Positions 59,101-64,000 of a stretch of DNA of 64,000 bases are shown here, one piece after another. Origin of the DNA: an uncultured Gemmataceae bacterium (GTDB lineage Bacteria; Planctomycetota; Planctomycetia; Gemmatales; Gemmataceae). The first letter of the stretch is position 1. Each line of letters starts with the position of its first letter. The notes beneath the pieces were generated by a model. It did not search any database, was not told where the DNA came from, and was given only the letters and a program-made list of their open reading frames with translations. The stretch spans positions 512,001 to 576,000 of the forward strand of contig CAVVPN010000012.1 in NCBI GenBank assembly GCA_963750165.1, in the 5' to 3' direction. Position numbers and translations under genes: made by a program.

Positions 59101-60529
59101 TGAGTGCCGCCGAGGTCTGAGCGGCATCGACGGTGCCGCCCAGGACGATCAGGCCAGAATGGGTGCCGTCGGTCAGGAACGTGTTAGTGCCGGCAAGCAC
59201 GAGAGGCGAGCCGTTGGCGGTGGCGTTTTCGTAGACGCCGGTTACGTTCGTGAGGATGTTGTTGCTGATGGTGGCGAGGCCGGTACTGGTGCCAACATTG
59301 GTGATCGTACCCGTATTGTTGATGTTGTTTGGTGCGGGGGGCGGCCCGGAGTGGTTGCCGGGGGGCGGGAAGCCAAGCAAGATCGTCCCGGCGGGGGTCA
59401 TCCCGCTGGCGGAAGCCATGGAGGAGTTGTTGAGGACCAGGTTGCCGGTCCCCGTGATCGACCCACTAACAATGACACCGGGCGAGTTGCCGCTCGTGTC
59501 GTCAGCCGTGCCCGTCGCGGAGATGGTCAAAGCATCGCCGTGCAAGATGACCGATCCGCTGAAGTAGGCGTCGTCAGAGCCGCCGTCGTTGCCGAGCGTC
59601 AGCGTGCCGTTGCTCCCCACATTGATCGGGTTGGCGACCGTGAACGTGCCCGCCTCCAAGCTGGCCGAAGTCGTGGTGGCGGTGCCGAGTTGAATCGCGG
59701 TGTTCGTGTTCCCAGCCGCTCCGGTGGTGCCCGAGGTGTCGCCGCCCGCGATGAAGGTGCCGGCCTGGATGGTCAGGCCGCCGGTGAAGGAGTTGGCGCC
59801 CGAAAGGGTCAGCGTCCCGCCGTCGAGATCCACGGCCGTTGCGCTGTTGGCTGATCCGTCCTGGATGACACCGCTGAAGGAACCGCCGGCCGTGACGGTC
59901 AACATGGCGGTCGTAGAGCTAGCAGTATTTTCCACGGTGCCGGCGCCGTTGAGGCTGGCAATGGAGACATTGTTCCCGGCAAGGTCCAGTGTGGCCCCGG
60001 AGGCGACGGTGACGGGCTCCCCGGCAGGCACAGCACCGGCACTGCCGACTTGCAGGGTGCCCCCCTGAACGAACAGGCCGCCGTTGAAGGAGTTTGTGCC
60101 CGTGATAGTGGCGGTGGCCGCGTCGGTGATCGAAATCGAAGCGGTCGCGGGGGCGGCTACGCTTGTCAACGCTGCGCCGGTCGTCTGGAAGCTAAGCTGC
60201 GTAATGCTTGCCCCACTGCCGCTCGGGCCGGTGGCCGTTGTTGTGCCCACACCAGTCCAGCCCGTTGGCACGCTCGAAAAGGTGTTGTTGTCGGTGATCG
60301 TGTAGTGGTTACTGGCGCCAGTGGTGTAGGCGACCGTGATGGTGGGGGCGCCGGCGTCCGCCAGCAGCAGGGCATTGCCAGTGAGGCTGAGCGCTCCGGT
60401 CAACACTTCGCGAACTTCCAGCTGCTCTGCCCAGGGCCGCGCATTGCGGAACGGACGGCGCTTGGCCTTGTCCGATTTGCTGCGGGTCCACAACTTGAGC
60501 AGGTTCCTGGTCCACGAGATATTCGACAT
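44198..60529 (-). CDS. Giant (~5,443 aa) secreted adhesin-like protein: LEPR-XLL-type leader, autotransporter-associated beta-strand repeats, Ig-like, cohesin-like, dockerin-like, cadherin-like and lamin-tail-like domains
   Basis: Uninterrupted ORF; aagga RBS before ATG 60529; RPWAEQLEVREVL; repeated GxGTLxLTxxNTYTGxT; C-terminal FWRLFGD...YLDYNEDGNID; no beta-barrel. Confidence 0.92.
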   Translation of the reverse strand: MSNISWTRNLLKLWTRSKSDKAKRRPFRNARPWAEQLEVREVLTGALSLTGNALLLADAGAPTITVAYTTGASNHYTITDNNTFSSVPTGWTGVGTTTATGPSGSGASITQLSFQTTGAALTSVAAPATASISITDAATATITGTNSFNGGLFVQGGTLQVGSAGAVPAGEPVTVASGATLDLAGNNVSIASLNGAGTVENTASSTTAMLTVTAGGSFSGVIQDGSANSATAVDLDGGTLTLSGANSFTGGLTIQAGTFIAGGDTSGTTGAAGNTNTAIQLGTATTTSASLEAGTFTVANPINVGSNGTLTLGNDGGSDDAYFSGSVILHGDALTISATGTADDTSGNSPGVIVSGSITGTGNLVLNNSSMASASGMTPAGTILLGFPPPGNHSGPPPAPNNINNTGTITNVGTSTGLATISNNILTNVTGVYENATANGSPLVLAGTNTFLTDGTHSGLIVLGGTVDAAQTSAALSTGTITLGSTTGNVPAALLISTSFLTVTNNIHLASNANLSGVGGLTIGSTQDVAIGRPTDATATFTGTVSGSNDLTIAVGGNGNVIFSGPLNISGTIANDGTGGGEAIISSNLPATVTGITENGTSNLVLSGTNANTGADTITAGELSVGTDANLGSTTGTPSSIVFGGGALQITGANVTSASGGNIGSHPYSINSGATAGFDINDSTNTFTISDALTGNVGLEKLGEGTLVLTNANTYTRPTLINAGVLQLGNDGTTGSLSPSSTIVDNSTYVYDFNGGTPNLTIPSTFVINRSNTVTQGTDFSSSGFGTLSLAGDTANGSTTVSNVDTTLLATGMPVSGPGIPDGDVIASIDDATSFELLAPATADGTGVSLTFTETGGLANSGSGTTILTANNTYSGPTSVYNGVLQVGNGGTSGSFGTGVVNMGNGNLVFDRSDLLTVSNVIQNVTGATAGGSAPATTVANPGHDMVQTDPTTGKQVADTAINMHDVADANGQVYAYHWGATGSDRPGQIPVIAPFNPIAVQAVGNTVGSGALFYLTTNESTQFTSPTAATLPVSYTAGSNTVTLTSGTIAGYGISIGQVVEGAGILTVPADANGGGGPGAGANPTGTFITSVDTVHNTFTLNIAPSASGTSLLLPALANLQANGIGGVQIVSGGGSASGAPGAVNYTSADVGKILTVAQGQGTFSIGTNPYDDDGLTPAGSLTPNSENYANPNVTPAQLMITSVANGQITGVELLSPGTYQAYSPVLPGDQTYAAQVFTGSVSGNTLTVSSFITGTDAVSAAARPLAVGQVVQTNTNGIVGLPGTDIPAYATITALNSVNPDGTGTYTLSTALPSFTGSISGNTLTVSAADANNLAPGDTITGTGIPAGTTITDSGTDNGDGTFSFPISATLTIASETMNYSIPDQQLYAQTITGFKGSISANVLTVDAGSLAGSPLVVGDVFYAPGVTVGTAITAQLSGTPGGAGTYQLATLAGVSPLTVADESMTAQFNQTLTTSTGAQLPIESNMISPALTQPTAVDNSDQSGGPDGYGSALGHEVTTAYEMTSAHEYYAPFTGDTTAGSKVINNAVDTSVAMTPFAVGFAVDGPGIPAGAVITAVSGSSITLSQAATVTATGSSFDSWNEWTSAIDPNTIAVGGSGYTNGATVVALGGVTAAAGTPLLGTVTTTGGVVTGFTASNALNNGFQGDASDAANWYSVLPTVPCPVTGGSGTGNPLFNLTMNDVLTNSQSVPTGIGIATVVSGHGGSGYALGDVLTLSAPAGITPVGTAATLTVTAVDGSGAILAVNVQTAGSYTKWNPATLFYVAPVDGSGGSGAILSWQALQTSVPDNASSALSPDAAVVNGGGYAVGDVLVVSSTSSWTDSQGNQATWTVAPILQVTHYTYSASGSSFTYNLINTPVSSTGDFPLSSDTFNLFPLGYTPATTIVGPYTYNGAGVNGGVAEFAAGATVNFGPQVFGGTPGSVIQLGTGTTILTGTNTYTGPTNVINGTLEATRTASLPGYNTSGSGRITVNDGATLAVQFGGTGQFTSADVDTLLSHATFSDGAGTATLGLDVTGTNTATYASVIADPSNGGSLAVEKLGTGKLTLSGANSFTGGLTIQAGTFIAGVSNSGTTGAAGNTNTAIQLGTATTTSASLEAGTFAVANPINVGSAGALTLGNDGGSDDAYFSGAITLNGNALTIAATGTSSTARIVASGSITGAGNLVLNNSSSAGSIWIGFPPPSDVHAGPPQSPNNISNTGTITNIGTSSGLTTISNIITTHVTGVYQNTGSLTASPLVLAGPNTFTSGLNIQGGTVDAAQVSGALGANTNVVTLGNTTGSVPAALLISTSFLQFSNPIQLATNTNLSGVGGLTIGTTQAVVIGRPTDATATFSGNVTGNNNLTINVAGNGNLIFTGALNISGAITNNGTGIGTTIISSNLSAGVTGVTENGTSNLILSGTNANTGADTITAGELSVGADANLGATSGTPSSIVFNGGTLQITGTSLMSASGGFIGSHPYSITPNTTAGFDINDPNNTFTISDALTQGTGGLTKLGAGTLVLTNANTYTGTTLIGGGTLQLGNGGTTGSLSTSSTIVDNSAGAFGILTTPGVFAIDRSNTVTQGTDFSGSGIGTVSLTGNTAISLSGSLTNHSTTVSGLASTAQLATGMLVSGTGIPAGDTIATIASGTSITLTTAATSTRTSTLTFRLTGGPTSSTTVNGLASTALLAPGMVVAGAGIPAGDKISTIASATSITLTTAATAVATGAALTFTETGGLANSGSGTTILTAANTYAGPTSVYSGVLQVGNGGTTGTLGTGVVTIGSGNLVFDRTDTMTVPNVIQNLTGGNPGGSAPVTTGANPGHDMVQSVNGVQVADSSINMHDYVNSAGQLYQYHWGATGSDRPGQIPVLAPFDPIAVQAVGNTVGSGALFYLTTNESTQNTSPTAPTIPVTYTAGSNKVTLSSGTIAGYGISIGQVVEGTGIATFPADVNGNGGPGVGTSPTGTFITSVDTVHNTFTLSIAPTASGTSLVLPALANLQASGIGGVQIVSGGGNAATEPGAVPYTQADVGKILTVAQGLGTFSIGINGSLTPNPENYANPNVMPAQLIITQVNGGTGSGAITGVAVYMPGTYQPYSPVETGDQTLLDPIFSGSVSGTTLTVDSFVSGTDAPYAYGFNLTVGQTVFDSSGDSLGTITGQLTGPTGGIGTYTLSQSSTITDTFSAQTTTSITGSISANVLTVSSPTGSPIVVGDTISGTGIPIGTAITAQLTGTTGGAGTYQLATLTGASLTVSSESMTAQLNQTLTTSTGAQLPIESNMLSPALTQPTALDTSDQNGAPSGYGSGLGHEVTTAYEMTSQHELYAPLTGDTTAGSNMILNVVDTSPAGTPYAVGYAVDGPGIPAGAVITAINASSITLSQNATVTATGSSFDSWNEWTSAIDPNTIAAGGSGYTNGATVVALGGVTAAGGAPLLGTVTTSGGVVTGFVASDATNNGFQGDAADSANWYSVLPTVPCPVTGGSGTGNPLFNLTMNDPLNPSATSYPINFATGIGTATLVSGTGGSGYHIGDVLTLSAPAGITPVGTAATLTVTAVDGSGAILAVNVTTAGSYTKWNPATLFYVAPVDGSGGSGAILSWQALQTSVPDNASSNLSPDAAIVNGGGYAVGDVLVVTNTSFTDSLGNQATWTVAPILQVTHYTYSATGPSFTYTVINTPVSSTGHYPVSSDTFNLFPLGYTPSTTVVGPNNYYGAGVNGGVGEFVAGATVNFGPQVFGGSPGQVIQAGTGTTILTGVDTYTGATTVSAGRLLVDGSITSSTSVAAAATLGGTGTISAPVAVTGALIAGDTTAASTGSLTVGNLSFGSGGTLNVLLNGTTAGTGYDQVTATGAVNLAGSSLDLSLGSGFTPAPGTTFDILVNNGGSAITGTFSQGSTITVGGTTFSISYAGGTSGHDVVLTVSTGSTVSTTTTITDNGPNPSLNFGSTVQPVSFLVHVAPASGSVAGDTVSLSDNGVAISGATGTLDASGNATITLSSAAVLTVGTHPISANFAQQGNFAASGSGTVSQVVTATFQVDSATLAGNYVQLVFDGPVDPNTTQLFYSPGATAVAPNITLTGPGGSVKGSLLIDATHPNVATFVATAGELAPGNYTVAVTNSVKAVGGATLASNYSQPLTVASPLVTPVVTAAFVARGPGQTVNIPNSSTGLPITLSGITSAVQSLSFTLTYDPTLLSVTAATLSTDAATNGNLVLNPISFTSIDAHHMLITFTIIGGSGGGHWNPSGGTGTLLTLTATVPQNAPYTDKALLATQSVVLNGTAAQGDDAIDVNAYQGDIDGSHTYTGLDASLIDRVSVGQGTGFSVFKDLDPWIIGSVTASGTLGVTGLDAADVDKAAVGSFPSVIPQPPTGFTITGPLGPDPRLYLAAATGGDGQTVTVQERFNVSGADPSTEIDAIDSVIEYDPSKFTVSNIRAGSLLPGFSVTTNVDAVHGVIRVSEFTANPAQAPNPTDGDVLLLDFTVNSSAPLGPSPLKLAASYTDANNTSTTTAVYNATSALTLGPAPQNPSTLPLSGSTVSPFVTNVDNYFSVVGHSGTEGFPANTTATAGGTVTIPINFSNGPVPFDIAAVDNAIKFNPLLLQVTNVTVGSLLTGFSLTTNVDNTNGVLRTSEFTANEAAVSGGQVGAVLQITFAVNGSASGSIPLYILQSYTDSNNTTTTTAVYDDNGAITLTPAPQGTGSNPVFVTGVDGNLNIVVQPNQPPYASLPVPAVIPEALFNPAAHAGLQTVTPNTVAFSSATGDAIIVTDSDYTASGSPETTTLTLTGSPAGTSSGPVGTLTAAASGQAMVSGGGTQPLVITGSPSDITTTLSSLVYTPGPGFFGTATLTVSTTDNGNSGYGGSLTDVRSTSITVVGLFLSEIDTLKGNTTNPSQYIEVFSTVPSYTIPTGVYLTGINGVSGSTPAAGVLADIFNLSGFTTGSNGYLALLQKSEKYSSGGYEVAGGNQLDNSGTGAGFGSGNTSKFGTVTGVHTGSTRPSGQLATDILLTGAESFLLIQTPTAPTTTTNIDPANTGNPSNQTSAYNGWNVLDSVGILDSASTSHAYAAITFKPTGATGTTLAGSNVVNTGTWVANYVGRIAQNTGSSGADWLGSVVTGTPSSGMFFLGSPNSTAFAGQPLNSIGGPNDWAPQLTVAVNDDSSNQHSQVAELTLTFSTPVNIVDLASDFVLKDASGNPLSINVSDPGTGATTEGASGPVPDSGATQLFVTFNADATHTFNFITPYLDQFGNTLTVGLVDGNYFLNTKVADISAASNSAVLLDGAKNGMSGSTTSGTGNLNGNGVNQVDEFWRLFGDTEGRRQVDGVDTTNFRTVNGVTQETSGMTAGILAASESNNTVTITTNGPSGFLMGEIVNIVGLPAGYNGSFVILSVNGNTFTYMAPTSGLTAVTNPTGAAATLNSYQWYLDYNEDGNIDVGNTLEQTQLINRLFTQMPA
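49240..59820 (-). repeat. Tandem duplication of about 5.4 kb inside the giant gene
   Basis: Copy 1 about 59820-54620, copy 2 about 54340-49240; long identical stretches (e.g. the AGSYTKWNPATLFYVAPVDGSGGSGAILSWQALQTSVPDNASS coding DNA). Confidence 0.9.
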
Positions 60530-60694
60530 TGGTGCATCCTTCCTTGCAGAGAGTGTTGCGGAACTTGACACGAGAAGGTTCAGAGGCTTCCGATAAACAC
60601 GCAGTAACGGCAAAGAGCACTACAAGCGCTCCCCACTGCACGGACGCGAATCAAAGGCGAAATGTTGCGACAACGGGCAGGTGCTTTCAGCGCA

Positions 60695-60855
60695 TCATAT
60701 TTTGGTGCCCACGACGGTGAGCAGCAGGTTGTTCGGACTGAAATTGGCCAGGACTTCACGGATTTCGGGTTGTTCGAGCCTCAGCCGTTTGGGACGGCGT
60801 CCCGGGCCTGGGTCGGCCTATTCTTGCCAAAACAGCGCGACATCTTTCTGTACAT
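60695..60855 (-). pseudogene. Remnant of a second LEPR-XLL-leader gene
   Basis: MYRKMSRCFGKNRPTQAR, then after a frameshift RRPKRLRLEQPEIREVLANFSPNNLLLTVVG followed by a stop. Confidence 0.55.
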
Positions 60856-61736
60856 CAAGCACTGCCTTGGGATTCGCGAACTCGACCGACCTTCGGGGGA
60901 GAAGAGTCGGACCATGTGACCCGTGATCAACATCTATGCAGTCAGGCGCATTCCTTCGCACTGTGCTAATGAGGCAGGGTCAACCATGACGGCCTGCGCG
61001 AATGAGGATGGGGAGAAAGTAGCTCCTGCGGAGTGAACGCGGTGGGCGATACCTTCACACGGGCGCAGCGTGAACCGGAATAAGAAATCACAACACAAAT
61101 AATGTGTGAAATTGATTTTATATCCGAGTTGTGTTTAGATTTCAGGTGGATGAGTTAAACCTACCAAGAAATCCCTCCCGAATCGTCTGGCCCTCACAGT
61201 GGGGCGGAGGGTGGGGTAGGGCCTCACACGTTCCAACAATAGGAAGACAACGAGCAACGCTCGTTGGTTGCCCGCCTCGCAGCGGCGGAGGAAGCCTCCA
61301 CGATACCTTCGCGCTTCTCCGCCAGGCAATGGTGGGGAAGAGCGAAAGCTCGACGCAATGTTTGGAACAGCTACTCGCACCCGCCAGCGGTCGAAGCGGG
61401 ATCGTGCAACCGAGTGATGCCCACGCGAGTTCTCTAGAAGGTTTAACGCAGTTCAGCGCCGCGTCGGTCAGTCGATTCCCGAAACGGGCGGCCCCCGGCT
61501 CGGTCGCGATCGTCGCAAGATGATTGGCCATCAATATCTTGCGCCTTGGGTCGTTCATCGAGTATTTTTTAATTTATTCTGTTGGCAGAAAGCCACGCCC
61601 AGGCCGGCGGCAACGCGTGCGTCCGGGCATCCATTGGTTTGCACCATCTGTCCGCGGTGGTGGTAATTGTTCACCACAGTAGTGGAAGCGGCGCAACGCC
61701 GCTTCCACGCACGCCGGTCCGCTTCCAGGTGCCGCG

Positions 61737-63287
61737 TCACGCCGCAAATTTACGTCGCGGTCTCAATAGGGCCGGAGGGGCACGATCCAGTGCGCAGGGC
61801 GCCAGGCTTTCGGGCTGGGCGGCCAGGTCCACGGTGGGGTCGATCAATTCCTGATAAGGTCGAGCGTTGAGGGAGGCCACCACACGGGCGTTAACAACCG
61901 GGCGGACACCCGTACGCGCCTGCTCCAGGTCCGCAACATGATGGGCAAACTGGAGTATCATGTCGGGGCGACGGCTCATCTCGCGCACCTGGCGGGGGTT
62001 CAGGTATTCGCGGGGATCGATCTCCCGCCGCGCTCCCGTCCGGGGATCGGTCAGGGACATCGCGAACGTCTTGATATCCTTGTGCCGCAGCATCATATGC
62101 CACGCGAACCGGTGCCCCTGCTCCGTCCAGGAGACGTTGCCGGGGTACAGCCAGTGGCGCAACGGCGCCAGCAGCTGAACGGCAAGGTAAAGGTGGAGCA
62201 GGACCAGGGCCGTGGTCTGGCGAACGGAGGCCGGGCGTCGAGCGTGGGCCGGGGTGTCAGGGGCCGCTTGCGGGAACCACCTGCGCGGCCAGCCTGGGCT
62301 GCGGAAAAGCGTTAGCGTTGCCAGGCTCAGCCAGGGGAAGACGCCGATGTGGAACAGGTAGTTGTTGAGCAGGTGGAAAACCAGCGCGACGGCTGCTGCC
62401 GGCCAGAACGTGCGTCGCCCCCAAAGGAGGAAGCCGACCGACAGATCGAACAGCGTGCTGCCGTAGGTCATCAGCGTGAGCCCGCCCGGCATTTCCAGCA
62501 AGGGCGGGACCAGGCGCCAATGGGCCCGGGCCCGCAGCCACAAGTGCAGCGGTTCCTCGCGCACCAGCCAGTCGTGATTCAGCTTGGCAATGCCGGCGAA
62601 GAAGTAGACAAGAGTTACCTGAGTCCGCAGCAAGAGGATGCTCCAGCGTGGCACCGTCCCGTCATAACAAGGTTGGACCGGTGATGTTGGAGGTCCGGTC
62701 TCTTGGCGGTGACGCCACGCGTCCAGGGACCAGGCACTTTGGGCCGGGGCAATGGCCAACAGGAAGCTCAGGAGGCAGATGAGGTAGTTGTGGTTGAGGT
62801 AACACGTTTTATCCAGCAGAAACACGTAGGTGAAGCCCAGGAAGAACCCCCACGCGGCCAGCCGATAAAAGAGGCCCACGGCCATCAGCGTGGCCAGTAG
62901 TCCGAGCACACCGAAGTGCCAGTACATGCCGTCTCCGGGCCAGGGCCGGACAAACGGGAACAGGAAGTACGTGAAATGAAACGTCGGCTCGACGTAGTAG
63001 CTGGTGATCCAACCGTTGGTCCAGTACTGCCCAACATTCCCGAGCATGAGCAGCCCGAAGCAGATGCGAAAGACCGCCAGGGAGGCGCCATCCACGGGGG
63101 CCAGGAACCCGTCCCGCCACCGGTCCGCAAAAGTAGAGAGCACCCCCGTGTACGCCCTGGGCGCCGTCAGGGTGGTCTGGGCGCCGTTGTTGCCCTTGCC
63201 GTCCTCGTCGAGAACCTGCTTGGCCATCTCACGAACCCAGGTAAGGGATCTCAGTCCGGTATCTGTTTGGCCAAATTGCTGGCCCAT
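61737..63287 (-). CDS. HTTM-domain / vitamin K-dependent gamma-carboxylase-like membrane protein
   Basis: ASLAVFRICFG, LLDKTCYLNHNYL, YFFAGIAKLN, GHRFAWHMML, LIDPTVDL; probable extra C near 61797 (true end AHWIVPLRPY* at 61763). Confidence 0.9.
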   Translation of the reverse strand: MGQQFGQTDTGLRSLTWVREMAKQVLDEDGKGNNGAQTTLTAPRAYTGVLSTFADRWRDGFLAPVDGASLAVFRICFGLLMLGNVGQYWTNGWITSYYVEPTFHFTYFLFPFVRPWPGDGMYWHFGVLGLLATLMAVGLFYRLAAWGFFLGFTYVFLLDKTCYLNHNYLICLLSFLLAIAPAQSAWSLDAWRHRQETGPPTSPVQPCYDGTVPRWSILLLRTQVTLVYFFAGIAKLNHDWLVREEPLHLWLRARAHWRLVPPLLEMPGGLTLMTYGSTLFDLSVGFLLWGRRTFWPAAAVALVFHLLNNYLFHIGVFPWLSLATLTLFRSPGWPRRWFPQAAPDTPAHARRPASVRQTTALVLLHLYLAVQLLAPLRHWLYPGNVSWTEQGHRFAWHMMLRHKDIKTFAMSLTDPRTGARREIDPREYLNPRQVREMSRRPDMILQFAHHVADLEQARTGVRPVVNARVVASLNARPYQELIDPTVDLAAQPESLAPCALDRAPPALLRPRRKFAA

Positions 63288-63303
63288 CCGGTAATGGCGA
63301 GAG

Positions 63304-64000
63304 TCAGAACGGATCCACTCCGGCCACGACCTTCCCGGCGATCACCGTGGTCTCGACGGCAATGTCACGCATCCTCTCGGCATCGACTTTGGTCGGATCG
63401 TTGGCGAGAATCAGGAAATCGGCCTGTTTTCCTTTTTCCAGCGATCCGCGATTCGCTTCCTCAAAGGAGGCGAAGGCGCCGCCGCGGGTCCAGGCGGTGA
63501 GGGCCTGCTCCGCCGTGGTCCGCAGCTTGGCGCCATAAACCTTGCCGTTGGTTTCGCAGCGGCGCGTAACCATGCTCTGCATCCGCAGCAGCGGGTCGGC
63601 CGGACTTACAGGGGAGTCGGAATTACCGGCGATCGGGATGCCCATGTCGATCATCAGCCGGTCGGCGTGCATCCAGTTCCAGCGGGCTTCGCCGTAGGCT
63701 TCCATGGTCTCGCCGTGCTCGAGGATGTAGGAGTGCGGGGCCACGACCAGCCCGAGCTTTTTGATCCGCTTGAGGATCTCTTCCGTGACCACGCTGCAAT
63801 GCTCGATGCGGTGGCGATGATCGGCGCGGGGATGCTGGGCCAGGGCGTTTTCGAAGGCGGTGAGCACCATGTCGATTTCGCGGTCGCCGTTGGCGTGGAC
63901 GCATGCCTGCAAACCGGCTTTGTGGATCTTGAGCACCAGGTCGTCCAGGCGTGCCTGCGACCGGGCGGGCCGGATGCCGAAATAGTCTTTCTTGTTGGCG
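63304..64000 (-). CDS. Amidohydrolase (YtcJ / Amidohydro_3 type), 5' end outside window
   Basis: HANGD, RHRIEH, NSDSP, GSLEKGKQADF. Confidence 0.9.
   Translation of the reverse strand, partial: ANKKDYFGIRPARSQARLDDLVLKIHKAGLQACVHANGDREIDMVLTAFENALAQHPRADHRHRIEHCSVVTEEILKRIKKLGLVVAPHSYILEHGETMEAYGEARWNWMHADRLMIDMGIPIAGNSDSPVSPADPLLRMQSMVTRRCETNGKVYGAKLRTTAEQALTAWTRGGAFASFEEANRGSLEKGKQADFLILANDPTKVDAERMRDIAVETTVIAGKVVAGVDPF

Noticed and set aside
49240..59820. Diversity-generating retroelement TR/VR pair
   Set aside because: Repeats are kilobases long and in-frame, differences are not adenine-specific, and no reverse transcriptase is present.
44198..60529. Classical type V autotransporter, intein or toxin
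   Set aside because: No C-terminal beta-barrel, no Hint motifs and no recognisable toxin or catalytic domain.

Overview
GC-rich bacterial chromosomal segment, very probably a planctomycete (Gemmataceae-like), judging from a DUF1559 prepilin plus lipoprotein partner, a LEPR-XLL-type export leader, an ECF sigma paired with a Ser/Thr kinase-WD40 gene, a PEP-CTERM protein and many REP-like palindromes. Housekeeping content: leuA with a leucine leader-peptide attenuator, hpf-ptsN-ptsH-ptsI, a TIGR03936 gene, rne/rng, rlmN, htrA and tRNA-Arg(UCG). Accessory content: a fused-E1/E2 2-oxoacid dehydrogenase catabolic cluster; an ASCH-HNH pair running into the tRNA; an ACP/alpha-oxoamine synthase/KS-like/KS lipid cluster; and a 16.3-kb gene for a ~5,440-aa secreted protein. 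That giant protein has a ~5.4-kb internal duplication, nested inserted modules, three cohesin-like and two dockerin-like domains, and it is followed by a PEP-CTERM-anchored cohesin-like gene. This candidate cohesin-dockerin surface-display system is the most striking feature. At least eight small indels break otherwise intact genes and look like long-read assembly errors. All domain calls come from motif recognition by eye; no database search was run.
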